Assembly (NCBI GenBank): GCA_964516765.1
Contig: CAZEWZ010000002.1
Span: 45,801-109,800 of the forward strand
Reading direction: 5' to 3'
Length of the DNA: 64,000 nt
Source: an uncultured Cryomorphaceae bacterium
Lineage (GTDB): Bacteria; Bacteroidota; Bacteroidia; Flavobacteriales; UBA7430
The notes under the pieces: generated by a model
Seen by the model: only the letters and a program-made list of their open reading frames with translations
What the model was told of the DNA's origin: nothing
The model's database searches: none
Shown: one piece after another, positions 35,881-46,243 of the stretch
Layout: every line of letters starts with the position of its first letter
Numbering within the stretch: position 1 is the stretch's first letter
Made by a program: the position numbers and the translations under genes

Positions 35881-36843
35881 ATGAAAATTACCGCCGCAGA
35901 AGTAAATAATCTTAGAAAGCAAACGGGTGCCGGAATGATGGATTGCAAGAAAGCTCTTGTTCAATCTGAAGGTAACTTTGATGCAGCAGTAGATATTCTT
36001 AGAAAAAAAGGTCAGAAGATTGCAGCTAAACGAGCTGATCGAGATGCATCTGAAGGAGTTTCCTTGACTAAAATTAATAATGATAATACAATTGGCATTG
36101 CATTAGTGCTTGCCTGTGAAACTGATTTTGTTGCTATCAATGAATCCTTCAAATCACTTGCTACTGATTTTGCCGATATCGCTCTTTCTCAACCTAGTAA
36201 AGAAGAATTTTTAAAGGCAAATTTTCGAGGAATGACAGTTGCTGAAAAGCTAATAGAACAATCCGGAGTCATCGGTGAAAAAATTGAAATAAAAGAATTT
36301 GAGCGCGTAGAGGCTAAATATGTTGGTTCATATACTCATGGATCCAAGATTGCTGTTCTGGTTGGATTAAATCAAGTAGTAGAAAATGTTGATGAACTGG
36401 CTAAGGACTTGTCTATGCAAGTTGCTTCTATGGGAGCAACAACATTATCGTTCAAAGATTTTGACCCAGATTTTGTTGCATCAGAAACTGAAGCGAGAAT
36501 TGCAGTCATCGAAAAAGAAAATATTGAGCTAGCTCGTCTCGGTAAAGTATTAAAAAATGTACCCAAGTACATATCAATGCTTCAATTAACAGACGAAGTA
36601 TTAGCAAAAGCAAAATCTGATATTGAGGCTCAACTCTCTTCTGAAGGAAAGCCAGAGAAAATATGGGATAAAATTGTTCCTGGAAAACTTTCTCGCTTTG
36701 TCTCAGACAACACTACCTTAGATCAAGAAATGTGTCTACTTGACCAAGATTTTATTAAAGATGAAAATAAAAATGTTGCAAAATACATTTCTACTTTCGG
36801 AAATCTTTCAGTTTCAAGCTTTAAAAGAGTGGCATTAGGATAG
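35881..36843 (+). CDS. tsf: translation elongation factor Ts
   Basis: The N-terminal UBA-like block is ITAAEVNNLRKQTGAGMMDCKKAL. The gene lies downstream of rpsB, as usual. Confidence 0.95.
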   Translation: MKITAAEVNNLRKQTGAGMMDCKKALVQSEGNFDAAVDILRKKGQKIAAKRADRDASEGVSLTKINNDNTIGIALVLACETDFVAINESFKSLATDFADIALSQPSKEEFLKANFRGMTVAEKLIEQSGVIGEKIEIKEFERVEAKYVGSYTHGSKIAVLVGLNQVVENVDELAKDLSMQVASMGATTLSFKDFDPDFVASETEARIAVIEKENIELARLGKVLKNVPKYISMLQLTDEVLAKAKSDIEAQLSSEGKPEKIWDKIVPGKLSRFVSDNTTLDQEMCLLDQDFIKDENKNVAKYISTFGNLSVSSFKRVALG

Positions 36844-36863
36844 TTTTGTAAATATATTGAGCG

Positions 36864-36892
36864 AAAAAAACACCCGAATCGGGTGTTTTTTT
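36864..36892 (+). terminator. intrinsic terminator after tsf
   Basis: An A7 run is followed by CACCCG-AAT-CGGGTG (36871-36885) and then T7 (36886-36892). Confidence 0.8.
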
Positions 36893-36965
36893 GTGTTCAT
36901 AAATTATCAAGAACTACATTTTTTCTTAATCTGATTTATTTATCTTTGAAACATAATTGTAGATT

Positions 36966-37679
36966 ATGAAATACAAAAGGATACTTCTAAAGTTGAGTGG
37001 TGAAGCCCTTATGGGAGAAAGAGAATACGGTATTTCTCCCGATAAAATTTCTGAATATGCTAAAGAAATCCAAAAGGTTGTTGAGCATGGTTGCCAGATT
37101 GCTGTTGTAATTGGTGGAGGAAATATTTTTCGGGGAGTACAAGCTGCAAATAGTGGAATGGATCGCGTGCAAGGCGATTATATGGGTATGCTAGCCACCG
37201 TGATTAATGGCTTGGCTTTACAGTCTGCCTTGGAGCATATTAATGTCAAAACACGTTTGATGTCTGCATTAAAAATGGACGAAGTAGCAGAACCTTTTAT
37301 TAGAAGAAGAGCGATTCGACACATTCAAAAAGGACGAGTCGTTATTTTTTCAGCAGGTACAGGGAACCCTTATTTTACTACCGATACAGCCGCTACATTA
37401 CGCGCAATAGAAATAGAAGCTGATGTGATTTTAAAAGGGACTCGAGTAGATGGGATTTATACCGCCGATCCAGAGAAAGACCCAAATGCTACAAAATATG
37501 ATTCGATTACATTTGATGAGGTATACAGTAAAGGTCTTAATATTATGGATATGACTGCATTTACTTTATGTAATGAAAATAAATTACCCATCTTGGTGTT
37601 TAATATGAATATACCAGGAAATCTTCTAGATGTGGTCAATGGAAATGAGGTAGGTACCTTGGTAGATTTTAATAAATAA
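36966..37679 (+). CDS. pyrH: UMP kinase
   Basis: [23 protein letters not shown], and [15 protein letters not shown] motifs. Confidence 0.95.
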   Translation: MKYKRILLKLSGEALMGEREYGISPDKISEYAKEIQKVVEHGCQIAVVIGGGNIFRGVQAANSGMDRVQGDYMGMLATVINGLALQSALEHINVKTRLMSALKMDEVAEPFIRRRAIRHIQKGRVVIFSAGTGNPYFTTDTAATLRAIEIEADVILKGTRVDGIYTADPEKDPNATKYDSITFDEVYSKGLNIMDMTAFTLCNENKLPILVFNMNIPGNLLDVVNGNEVGTLVDFNK

Positions 37680-37681
37680 CA

Positions 37682-38245
37682 ATGAACGAAGACTTACAAT
37701 TTATCCTAGAATCTGCCAATGAAAGTATGGGCAAATCAATCAGTCATTTTGAAGTAGAATTATTGAAGATTCGCGCAGGAAGAGCGAATCCAAAGATGCT
37801 TTCTGGTGTTATGGTTGATTATTATGGAACCATGACTGCCCTATCTCAAGTAGCTAATGTAGGTACTCCAGATGCTAGAACACTTACCGTACAGCCATGG
37901 GAGAAAGCTATGTTGGTAGAATTAAATAAGGCTATTATCAACTCCAATATTGGCTTTAGTCCAATGGATAACGGTGAAATGTTAATCATTAATATTCCCC
38001 CTTTAACAGAAGAACGTCGGATTGATTTAGTGAAGCGCTCGAAAGCTGAAGCCGAAAATTGTAAAATATCCATTCGAAGTGCAAGAAAAGATGCCAATGA
38101 CGAGGTGAAAAATCTTGGAAAGGAAGGGTTAGCTGAGGACATAGTCAAAGATGCTGAGATATCTATTCAAAAACTAACCAACAATTTCATTTCCAATGTC
38201 GAAAGTATATTAACGGATAAAGAGGCTGAAATCATGAAGGTTTAG
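37682..38245 (+). CDS. frr: ribosome recycling factor
   Basis: 187 aa, with LRAGRANP..L..V.VDYYG and IP.LTEERR..L.K motifs. It starts 2 nt after the pyrH stop. Confidence 0.95.
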   Translation: MNEDLQFILESANESMGKSISHFEVELLKIRAGRANPKMLSGVMVDYYGTMTALSQVANVGTPDARTLTVQPWEKAMLVELNKAIINSNIGFSPMDNGEMLIINIPPLTEERRIDLVKRSKAEAENCKISIRSARKDANDEVKNLGKEGLAEDIVKDAEISIQKLTNNFISNVESILTDKEAEIMKV

Positions 38246-38299
38246 TCAAGTCATCGTTAATTTATGTGTTTTTAACTCATATTTCAGTACATAAAATTT

Positions 38300-40684
38300 A
38301 TGTGGATATTAATTTCCCGTTTTATTCTTAGAAATAAAATAATTTTACTTATTGCTTTGGCATTAGGTACTGTTTTTATGTCCCAAAAAGCTCAAGATGT
38401 TCTCTACTCTTATGAGTTTATGCCACTTCTACCTGTCGATGACCCCATATTTTTAGAATACCAGGACTTTTTGACACATTTTGGCGAAGAAGGAAATGTG
38501 ATGGTGGTCGGTTTTCAATGTGACTCTTTATTTACTTTAGATAAGTTTAATATTTTTTATGATCTTTCTGAGAATCTCAGAGGAATTGTAGGAGTTGAGG
38601 AAGTAGTTTCTATCCTTCAGGCACAAAATATTTATAAAAATGAAGCGTCCAAATCATTCGATTTTAAACGAGTCACTTCAGGTCGCCTAAATTCAATATC
38701 GGAGCTGATCAAGGTAAAAGAAGAACTTCAATCTTTGCCCTTCTACAGGAAACTATTTTATAATGAGTCCAAGAATGCATATTTAATGGCATTAACACTC
38801 AATAAACCTTTACTCGATTCAGAGAGACGAATTAGTTTAATTCAATCTATTGAAGACGTTGTTGAACCATTTTCAATTGCAATGAATACTAAAGTTCATT
38901 ATTCTGGCTTGCCTTATATTCGAACAAAAAGTACTATAAAAACTAAATCCGAGGTGCATTTATTTATTTTTTTGGCCTTGGGGATAACCGCCTTAATTAT
39001 GCTGTTATTTTTCAGGTCTTTTTCTGCAATGTTTTATTCTATGTTAGTGGTTGGTATTGGAGTAATATGGGCAGTGGGAACAATTGCACTTATAGGCTAC
39101 AAGGTTACAATTTTAACCGCACTAATTCCACCTCTTATAATTGTGATTGGAATACCAAATTGTATTTTCTTACTTAACAAGTATCACAACGAATTTAAAC
39201 TTCATGGAAATAAAGTAAAAGCATTGAGTCGAGTAATTCAAAAAGTAGGGAATGCTACCTTCATGACCAATGCAACTACAGCTGCAGGTTTTGCCACTTT
39301 TATAGTTACTCAGACTCAAATGTTAGTAGAGTTTGGAGTGGTAGCCTCCATTAATATTTTATTAGTTTTTTTCATTTCATTGTTAGTTATTCCATCGGTG
39401 TGTAGTTTCATGCCAGATCCGAAGGAAAGACACCTTTCACATCTTGAGCGAAATTGGATGAATAATTTAACTATATGGATGGAAAGAGTTGTTTTACACC
39501 ATCGATCTAAAGTTTATGCCAGTACATTACTTTTGTTGATAGTGGCCTTTTTTGGCTTATCAAAAATTGAGACGACAGGAAATATCGTAGATGATATTCC
39601 AAAAGATGATCCTTTGATTGTTGATTTGCTTTTTTTTGAGAATAACTTTTCTGGGGTAATGCCTTTTGAAATTGTTATTGACACGCAAAAGAAAAACGGT
39701 GTAACTAAATCGTCTACCCTAAAAAGAATCCAAAAATTAGAAGAACTTTTAGCTGAGTATCCAGAAATATCAAGTACTACCTCAATTTTGGATTTAGCAA
39801 AGTTTTCTAAACAAGCATATTATAACGGTAACCCAAAATATTACAGTCTGCCTAATTCTCAAGAGAAAAACTTCATCATGAAGTATGCGAAAAATACTCT
39901 TGGAGATGGTGATTATTTGTTTTCGTCTTTTGTTGATTCTACCAAGAGTATTGCTCGAGTCTCAGCCTTAATGAAAGACATTGGAACCAAACAAATGAAG
40001 GCACTAAAAGATTCAATTAGGCCTAAGATCGATGCGATTTTTAATCCTAAAAAATATGATGTATCTATTACTGGAACGAGTGTTTTATTTCTGGAAGGAA
40101 CAAGATATTTAGTTAGAAATTTATTTAGTAGCTTAGTGTTGGCGATTGCACTTATTGCTATTTTGATGGCTTGGATGTTTTCTTCTTCGAGAATGGTGGT
40201 AGTCTCTCTTTTGCCCAATCTAATTCCTCTTGTTCTGACAGGTGCACTGATGGGTTATTTTGGAATTCCAATTAAACCTTCAACCATATTGGTGTTCAGC
40301 ATTGCTTTTGGAATTTCAATTGATGACACTATTCACTTTCTAGCTAAGTATCGACAAGAGTTGAAAGTTAATCATTGGAATATACGTATTTCTGTAATAA
40401 AGGCTCTTAAAGAGACTGGTGTGAGCATGTTTTATACTTCTATTGTCTTATTTTTTGGTTTCTCTATATTTATTGCTTCAGAGTTTGGAGGAACTGTCGC
40501 TCTTGGATTGTTAGTTTCTGTCACACTTTTGTTTGCAATGACAGCTAATCTTCTTTTGCTTCCTTCTTTGTTATTATCTTTAGAACGAATGATTACTACT
40601 AGTTCTTTTAGAGAACCTCTTTTAGATATCTTAGATGAAGAAGACGATATTGAACTTGATGCATTAATTCTTCCTAAAAAATAG
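38300..40684 (+). CDS. MMPL/RND-superfamily membrane transporter (two 6-TM bundles, sterol-sensing-domain-like)
   Basis: 794 aa with two hydrophobic blocks (about aa 215-370 and 620-760), each preceded by a large soluble loop. The GIxIDDTIHFL motif typical of MMPL/HpnN-like exporters is present. Confidence 0.7.
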   Translation: MWILISRFILRNKIILLIALALGTVFMSQKAQDVLYSYEFMPLLPVDDPIFLEYQDFLTHFGEEGNVMVVGFQCDSLFTLDKFNIFYDLSENLRGIVGVEEVVSILQAQNIYKNEASKSFDFKRVTSGRLNSISELIKVKEELQSLPFYRKLFYNESKNAYLMALTLNKPLLDSERRISLIQSIEDVVEPFSIAMNTKVHYSGLPYIRTKSTIKTKSEVHLFIFLALGITALIMLLFFRSFSAMFYSMLVVGIGVIWAVGTIALIGYKVTILTALIPPLIIVIGIPNCIFLLNKYHNEFKLHGNKVKALSRVIQKVGNATFMTNATTAAGFATFIVTQTQMLVEFGVVASINILLVFFISLLVIPSVCSFMPDPKERHLSHLERNWMNNLTIWMERVVLHHRSKVYASTLLLLIVAFFGLSKIETTGNIVDDIPKDDPLIVDLLFFENNFSGVMPFEIVIDTQKKNGVTKSSTLKRIQKLEELLAEYPEISSTTSILDLAKFSKQAYYNGNPKYYSLPNSQEKNFIMKYAKNTLGDGDYLFSSFVDSTKSIARVSALMKDIGTKQMKALKDSIRPKIDAIFNPKKYDVSITGTSVLFLEGTRYLVRNLFSSLVLAIALIAILMAWMFSSSRMVVVSLLPNLIPLVLTGALMGYFGIPIKPSTILVFSIAFGISIDDTIHFLAKYRQELKVNHWNIRISVIKALKETGVSMFYTSIVLFFGFSIFIASEFGGTVALGLLVSVTLLFAMTANLLLLPSLLLSLERMITTSSFREPLLDILDEEDDIELDALILPKK

Positions 40685-40732
40685 ACTTTAGAATATAATT
40701 TATATTCGCCAAGATGCCTAAATTTCATAAAC

Positions 40733-41716
40733 ATGGATAAGCCTAAATCAATAGTCGAATTACAGGAATTTTTTCAAATAGAGATTGAGTCTATCTCTTA
40801 TCCCCAAGATCCTTCGGAATTATATACTCCTATAAATTATTTTTTAGGTCTTGGAGGTAAGCGATTGCGGCCTATTCTAGTTTTATTGTCTGCCGATATT
40901 TATGGATTTAATTTGCAGAAAGCTATGCCTCAAGCAATGGCTATTGAGTTGTTTCATAACTTTACTCTTATTCATGACGATATTATGGATGATGCCCCGC
41001 TTAGAAGAGGTTTAGAGACTGTCCATGAAAAGTGGGATTCCAATATTGGAATTCTCTCTGGAGATGCTCTTATAGTTAAAGCTTATCAATCAATTGTTCA
41101 AGTTGACCCGGCATATTTACCCCCTTTAATGAAGGTTTTTAATGCTACTGCCCTTCAAGTTTGTGAGGGTCAGCAATACGATATGAATTTTGAAACTCAG
41201 AAAGATGTATCGATGCCTTCCTATATTAAGATGATTGAATATAAAACTGGAGTTTTACTTGCATGTTCTCTTCAGGTAGGTGCTTTAATCTCAGGAGCTT
41301 CAAAGGAAGATCAAGCTCATTTGTATTCTTTTGGTTTACACTTGGGTATTGCTTTTCAACTTATGGATGACATTTTGGATGTTTATAGTAGTCTAGAAGA
41401 TTTTGGAAAGCAAATAGCCGGAGATATATTGAGTAATAAAAAAACATGTTTGTACATTAGAGCTAGAGAACTTGCAAATGACAAACAAAGAGATGTTTTA
41501 GATGTATATTTTTCAAATCAAAATTTCGATCCGCAAGAAAAAATTGACAAGGTCATGAATGTTTATTCAATATTACAGGTGAAAAAATCTTGCTTTGAAA
41601 TGATGGATGAGCATTATCAAATAGCATTGAATCATTTAGATTTACTTAATGTACCCGATGAGCGAAAGTCTTCTCTAAAAGAGTTTTCAGACTTACTCAT
41701 GACTCGAAAGAATTAA
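40733..41716 (+). CDS. polyprenyl (geranylgeranyl/farnesyl-type) diphosphate synthase
   Basis: It has both Asp-rich motifs, LIHDDIMDDAPLRRG (FARM) and FQLMDDILD (SARM). The product chain length cannot be called from the sequence alone. Confidence 0.85.
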   Translation: MDKPKSIVELQEFFQIEIESISYPQDPSELYTPINYFLGLGGKRLRPILVLLSADIYGFNLQKAMPQAMAIELFHNFTLIHDDIMDDAPLRRGLETVHEKWDSNIGILSGDALIVKAYQSIVQVDPAYLPPLMKVFNATALQVCEGQQYDMNFETQKDVSMPSYIKMIEYKTGVLLACSLQVGALISGASKEDQAHLYSFGLHLGIAFQLMDDILDVYSSLEDFGKQIAGDILSNKKTCLYIRARELANDKQRDVLDVYFSNQNFDPQEKIDKVMNVYSILQVKKSCFEMMDEHYQIALNHLDLLNVPDERKSSLKEFSDLLMTRKN

Positions 41717-42133
41717 TAGATTTCTAATTATATAATTATTAAGATTATTCAAGCGACTTATTTTGGAGTCAGGAAATTTTAATGTAGTCAGCGAAATAAG
41801 TTTATCTCATAATGGTTCTCTTTCTGCTATTAAATTGCAAATAATCCTTGTCCGTATTTAATTAGTAATTAGCTTTTATGTTTCGGGATACTAGAGGTTA
41901 ATATTTGCTTATTTCATTATATATTGTTCATTTATAAGATATTATATTTAAAAATTATTTCAAAGAATAGCTTTGAAAATCCATCTTTTTTTATGGCTTA
42001 ACTGATTGTTTTGCATTTTCTTCAGCAGGGGTTGGTAAGAAACTACTATAAAAAACAGGAAAAATAAATCACAACAAAGGGCTTGGAAGAATAAAATGTT
42101 TATTTTTAACAAATATTATTGTTTAATAAAATA

Positions 42134-44857
42134 ATGGATAATTATTCATTTTTAGGGGCTGCAAATTCAACTTTTTTTGATGAGATATACGCCCAATATT
42201 TAAAGAATCCAGATTCAGTAGAACCTACTTGGAGAAGCTTTTTTCAGGGATATGATTTTGCCAATGAATCTTATTCTATTGACGAGATTCAACCCAATTT
42301 TCCAGAATCTTTTAGAAAAGAGTTTGATGTAATTAACTTAATCGATGCTTATCGTCAGAGAGGTCATTTGTTTACAAAAACTAATCCTGTTCGAGAGCGA
42401 AGAGATTATCATCCAAAATTAGATATTGAATTTTTTAATCTACAAAATGCAGATCTAGAAATTGTTTTTCAAGCTGGAACACAATGTGGTATTGGTCCTT
42501 CCACTTTATCTGATATTATTATTCACTTGAATAAGGTTTATTGCCAATCTATTGGTGTTGAGTACATGTATATTCGTAATTCAGACGAAAGAAATTGGAT
42601 TAAGAATTATATTCATAAAAATGACAACCAACCCAAATTTAGCTTAGAGCAGAAGAAGCAAATGCTCAAGAAATTAAATGAAGCGGTTGCTTTTGAAAGT
42701 TTTATTCACACCAAATATGTGGGACAAAAGCGTTTTTCACTTGAAGGCGGAGAAGCCCTGATTCCTGCTTTAGACGCGCTTGTGGAATACGGTTCCATTT
42801 TAAATATTCAGGAGTTTGTCATAGGAATGGCTCACAGAGGACGTTTAAATGTTCTGGCAAATATTTTTAAAAAACCTTATAAACAAGTATTCAAAGAGTT
42901 TGAAGGCATAAGTTATGAAGATAAGGAATTTGATGGGGATGTAAAATATCATCTTGGTTATTCTTATGATTTAACTACAGATTCAGGAAAAGATGTGCGT
43001 ATGTGTTTGGTTCCGAATCCATCACATTTAGAAGCAGTAGGATCTGTGATGCAAGGAATCTCTCGAGCAAAAATTGAGCTTAGCTATGGAGGAGACCATT
43101 CAAAACTATTACCTATCATTATTCACGGAGATGCAGCTATTGCTGGACAGGGTTTGGTTTTTGAAATTGTACAGATGGCTCAGCTCCCCGCATACAAAAC
43201 TGGTGGAAGTGTTCATATTGTAATTAATAACCAAGTTGGCTTTACAACCAATTATCTGGATGGTCGTTCAAGTGTTTATTGTACTGATGTTGCAAAAACG
43301 ACCTTATGCCCAGTACTTCATGTTAACGGCGACGATGTAGAAGCTGTAGTTCATGCTATAAATTTTGCTGCGGCTTACAGACAAGAGTTCGGAAAAGATG
43401 TTTTCATTGATCTTTTGTGTTATCGCCGTTATGGCCATAATGAAGGAGATGAGCCAAGGTTTACTCAGCCAAGTTTATATAAAGCTATTTCCAAGCATCC
43501 TAATCCCAGAGAAATTTACAATCAAAAATTAATTTCTCAAGGAATTGTAGAAGCAAACATAGTGAAGGAAATGGCCAAGCAATTTAAAGACTTGTTGGAA
43601 GTTGATTTTTCGGAAGCTCGAAAGAACAATACAACCAAAATTACAAGATTTATGGCAAAAGAATGGAGCCATATTCGAAAAGCCCAAGAAGTAGATTTTC
43701 ATTTTTCTCCAATAACAGGAATTTCACATGAACAGTTCTCTATAGTCTCTCTCGCCCTCTATACTCCTCCTGAAGGCCATACTTTCTTCAAAAAATCATT
43801 AAAATTACTTAAAGATAGAGAGCGCATGATTTCGGAGAAACGTTTGGTTGATTGGGGTATGGCTGAACTTATGGCGTATGGCTCACTACTGATCGAAGGA
43901 AAAGAGGTCCGTATGACTGGTCAAGATGTAGAAAGGGGTACTTTCTCTCATCGACATGCTATATTGAGAGATATCATCACGGAAGAAAGAGTTAATCCAT
44001 TAAATCATATTGAGGGTCAAACAGCTAAATTTCAAATTTACAACTCTCTACTGTCTGAATATGGTGTTTTAGGTTTTGATTATGGTTATGCTATGGCCGC
44101 TCCCGATGGATTGACTATTTGGGAAGCTCAATTTGGAGATTTTTCTAACGGTGCACAGATACTCATTGATCAATATCTCTCAGCTGCCGAAGATAAATGG
44201 GAAATATACAATAGCTTGGTTCTTTTATTGCCTCATGGATACGAGGGGCAAGGAGCCGAACATTCCAGCGCTCGTCTGGAACGTTATCTCCAGTTGTGTG
44301 GACAGCTCAATATGCAAGTTGTTAATGTCACCACTCCTGCCAACTTCTTTCATCTACTTCGGCGTCAGTTACATAGAGAGTTTAGAAAGCCACTAGTGGT
44401 AATGAGTCCTAAAAGTTTATTACGCCACCCGAAATGCTTGTCTCCGATTGATGATTTTCTAGGAGGATGTTTTCAAGAAGTAATTGATGATGCCTCTGCT
44501 GAGAAAAAGAAAGTAACTAAATTAGTTTTTTGTTCTGGTAAGCTCTACTTCGAACTTTTAGAAGAGAAAAATCACATCAAATCCTTTGAGGTGGCCTTGG
44601 TGAGAGTAGAGCAATTGTATCCTTTTCCGATGATAAAATTACAGTCTCTTGTCGCCAAATATTCACAAGTTAAGACTTATATATGGGCACAAGAGGAACC
44701 AGAAAATATGGGTGCCTGGGGTTTTGTACTCAGACATTGGAGAGAAATACCCCTTGAGCTAGTAGCTCGAAGTGAGAGTGCAACACCAGCTTCAGGTTCT
44801 TCAAAACGTTCTGCAAGAAGGCAGCGCGATGTAATTGAAAGAGTGTTTAAATTGTAA
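42134..44857 (+). CDS. sucA: 2-oxoglutarate dehydrogenase E1 component
   Basis: The N-terminus is SFL.GAN..F.DE.Y..YL..P.SV...W. The ThDP region is HGDAA.AGQG, and the protein is about 907 aa. I start at the ATG at 42134 (MDNYSFL) rather than the alternative start at 42119. Confidence 0.95.
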   Translation: MDNYSFLGAANSTFFDEIYAQYLKNPDSVEPTWRSFFQGYDFANESYSIDEIQPNFPESFRKEFDVINLIDAYRQRGHLFTKTNPVRERRDYHPKLDIEFFNLQNADLEIVFQAGTQCGIGPSTLSDIIIHLNKVYCQSIGVEYMYIRNSDERNWIKNYIHKNDNQPKFSLEQKKQMLKKLNEAVAFESFIHTKYVGQKRFSLEGGEALIPALDALVEYGSILNIQEFVIGMAHRGRLNVLANIFKKPYKQVFKEFEGISYEDKEFDGDVKYHLGYSYDLTTDSGKDVRMCLVPNPSHLEAVGSVMQGISRAKIELSYGGDHSKLLPIIIHGDAAIAGQGLVFEIVQMAQLPAYKTGGSVHIVINNQVGFTTNYLDGRSSVYCTDVAKTTLCPVLHVNGDDVEAVVHAINFAAAYRQEFGKDVFIDLLCYRRYGHNEGDEPRFTQPSLYKAISKHPNPREIYNQKLISQGIVEANIVKEMAKQFKDLLEVDFSEARKNNTTKITRFMAKEWSHIRKAQEVDFHFSPITGISHEQFSIVSLALYTPPEGHTFFKKSLKLLKDRERMISEKRLVDWGMAELMAYGSLLIEGKEVRMTGQDVERGTFSHRHAILRDIITEERVNPLNHIEGQTAKFQIYNSLLSEYGVLGFDYGYAMAAPDGLTIWEAQFGDFSNGAQILIDQYLSAAEDKWEIYNSLVLLLPHGYEGQGAEHSSARLERYLQLCGQLNMQVVNVTTPANFFHLLRRQLHREFRKPLVVMSPKSLLRHPKCLSPIDDFLGGCFQEVIDDASAEKKKVTKLVFCSGKLYFELLEEKNHIKSFEVALVRVEQLYPFPMIKLQSLVAKYSQVKTYIWAQEEPENMGAWGFVLRHWREIPLELVARSESATPASGSSKRSARRQRDVIERVFKL

Positions 44858-44887
44858 AATAAATTAAGAAGTCAAAATTATACTGCT

Positions 44888-46093
44888 ATGATTATTGAAA
44901 TGACTGTTCCATCTCCTGGCGAATCTATTTCTGAAGTTGAGATTGCAACTTGGCTTGTGGCCGACGGAGAATACGTTGAGAGAGATCAAGAGATCTGCGA
45001 AATTGATTCCGACAAAGCTACCTTAACGATTGCGGCAGAAGAAAGTGGGGCAGTTTCAATCAAGGTAGAAGAGGGCGAAACGATTGAAGTAGGTGGGGTT
45101 GTATGTACCATAGACACCTCAGTTACTGGAGATTCATCTACCCTCAAACAAGTGGCTTCGTCAGAACTTGTTTCAGAAAGTCTTGTGGCAAAACCAGTTT
45201 CTCCAACTGAAAATTCTAATGCTGCAGGAATTCCATCTCCTGCAGCAAAAAAAATGATGGCAGAAAATGGAATTAATTCTCTTATTGGCTCAGGTAGGGG
45301 GGGGAGAGTTCTTAAAGAAGATGTGGTAAAGGCAAAAGCTTCAATGGGAAAAGGGCCTGGAACTAGGGGTTCTGAAAATAAAAAAATGTCTGTACTTCGC
45401 CGAAAAGTTGCCGAAAGATTAGTTGCAGTAAAAAATGAGACTGCCATGTTAACTACCTTCAATGAGGTAGATATGAAAGCCATCATGGATATACGTAAAA
45501 TTTATAAAGAAACCTTTAAGGAAACTCATAGAATTGGTCTTGGTTTTATGTCTTTTTTTACCAAAGCTGTGACTCGTGCGCTCAAATTGTTTCCCGATGT
45601 TAATGCTATGATTGATGGGAAAGAAGTAGTCTATTATGACTATGCCGATATTTCGATAGCAGTAAGTTCTCCTAAAGGACTTATGGTTCCCGTAGTTAGA
45701 AATGCAGAATTATTAGATTTCGCTGGAGTTGAGTCTGAAATTAAACGTCTGGCGATTAAGGCTATAGATGGTAAAATTACTATGGACGACATGTTGGGCG
45801 GAACCTTTACTATTACAAACGGTGGCGTATTTGGATCTATGCTTTCCACGCCCATTATTAATCCCCCACAATCTGCCATTCTTGGCATGCATAATATTGT
45901 CGAGCGTCCTGTAGTGGTAGAAGGAGAAATTGTAGTTCGCCCAATTATGTTTGTTGCACTTTCATATGACCACCGAATTATAGACGGGAAAGAATCTGTT
46001 GGTTTCCTCTGTGCTGTCAAAGAAGCTCTTGAAAATCCGATTGAATTTCTTTTTAATGGAGAAGATAATATTAAGAAAAATCTAGGGATTTAA
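44888..46093 (+). CDS. sucB: dihydrolipoyllysine-residue succinyltransferase (E2 of 2-oxoglutarate dehydrogenase)
   Basis: It has the lipoyl domain (EIDSDKAT), the E3-binding segment (PSPAAKKMMAENGI) and the catalytic DHRIIDG motif. Confidence 0.95.
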   Translation: MIIEMTVPSPGESISEVEIATWLVADGEYVERDQEICEIDSDKATLTIAAEESGAVSIKVEEGETIEVGGVVCTIDTSVTGDSSTLKQVASSELVSESLVAKPVSPTENSNAAGIPSPAAKKMMAENGINSLIGSGRGGRVLKEDVVKAKASMGKGPGTRGSENKKMSVLRRKVAERLVAVKNETAMLTTFNEVDMKAIMDIRKIYKETFKETHRIGLGFMSFFTKAVTRALKLFPDVNAMIDGKEVVYYDYADISIAVSSPKGLMVPVVRNAELLDFAGVESEIKRLAIKAIDGKITMDDMLGGTFTITNGGVFGSMLSTPIINPPQSAILGMHNIVERPVVVEGEIVVRPIMFVALSYDHRIIDGKESVGFLCAVKEALENPIEFLFNGEDNIKKNLGI

Positions 46094-46213
46094 CTTCTCT
46101 TTATTTTGAGGAACATTTATTAAAAAATGCTTTTAATGGTTTGTTATCTATCTGAAATTGTTTTGTTAAAATTAGTTTAACAACTAAATGAATATACATA
46201 GTTTAATTTAGCT

Positions 46214-46221
46214 TAAATTTG
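46214..46221 (+). promoter_or_regulatory. candidate -7 box (TAAATTTG) for the desaturase gene
   Basis: TAAATTTG lies 22 nt upstream of the ATG at 46244. There is no clear -33 element. Confidence 0.3.
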
Positions 46222-46243
46222 CAATTAAGCAAAAAGATTAATT

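Noticed and set aside
45297-45304. G8 homopolymer in sucB as a phase-variation switch.
   Set aside because: sucB is a core TCA-cycle gene, and the run simply encodes Arg-Gly-Gly. Its existence argues that G/C runs in Gly codons are tolerated in this genome. It weakens the phase-variation reading of the C9 run at 4481-4489.
44986-46020. Two long minus-strand ORFs (166 aa at 44986-45486 and 126 aa at 45640-46020) antisense to sucB.
   Set aside because: They lie entirely inside a well-supported, motif-complete sucB gene. Their translations are low-complexity Ser/Thr/Pro-rich with no motif. This is the typical antisense shadow of a coding region.
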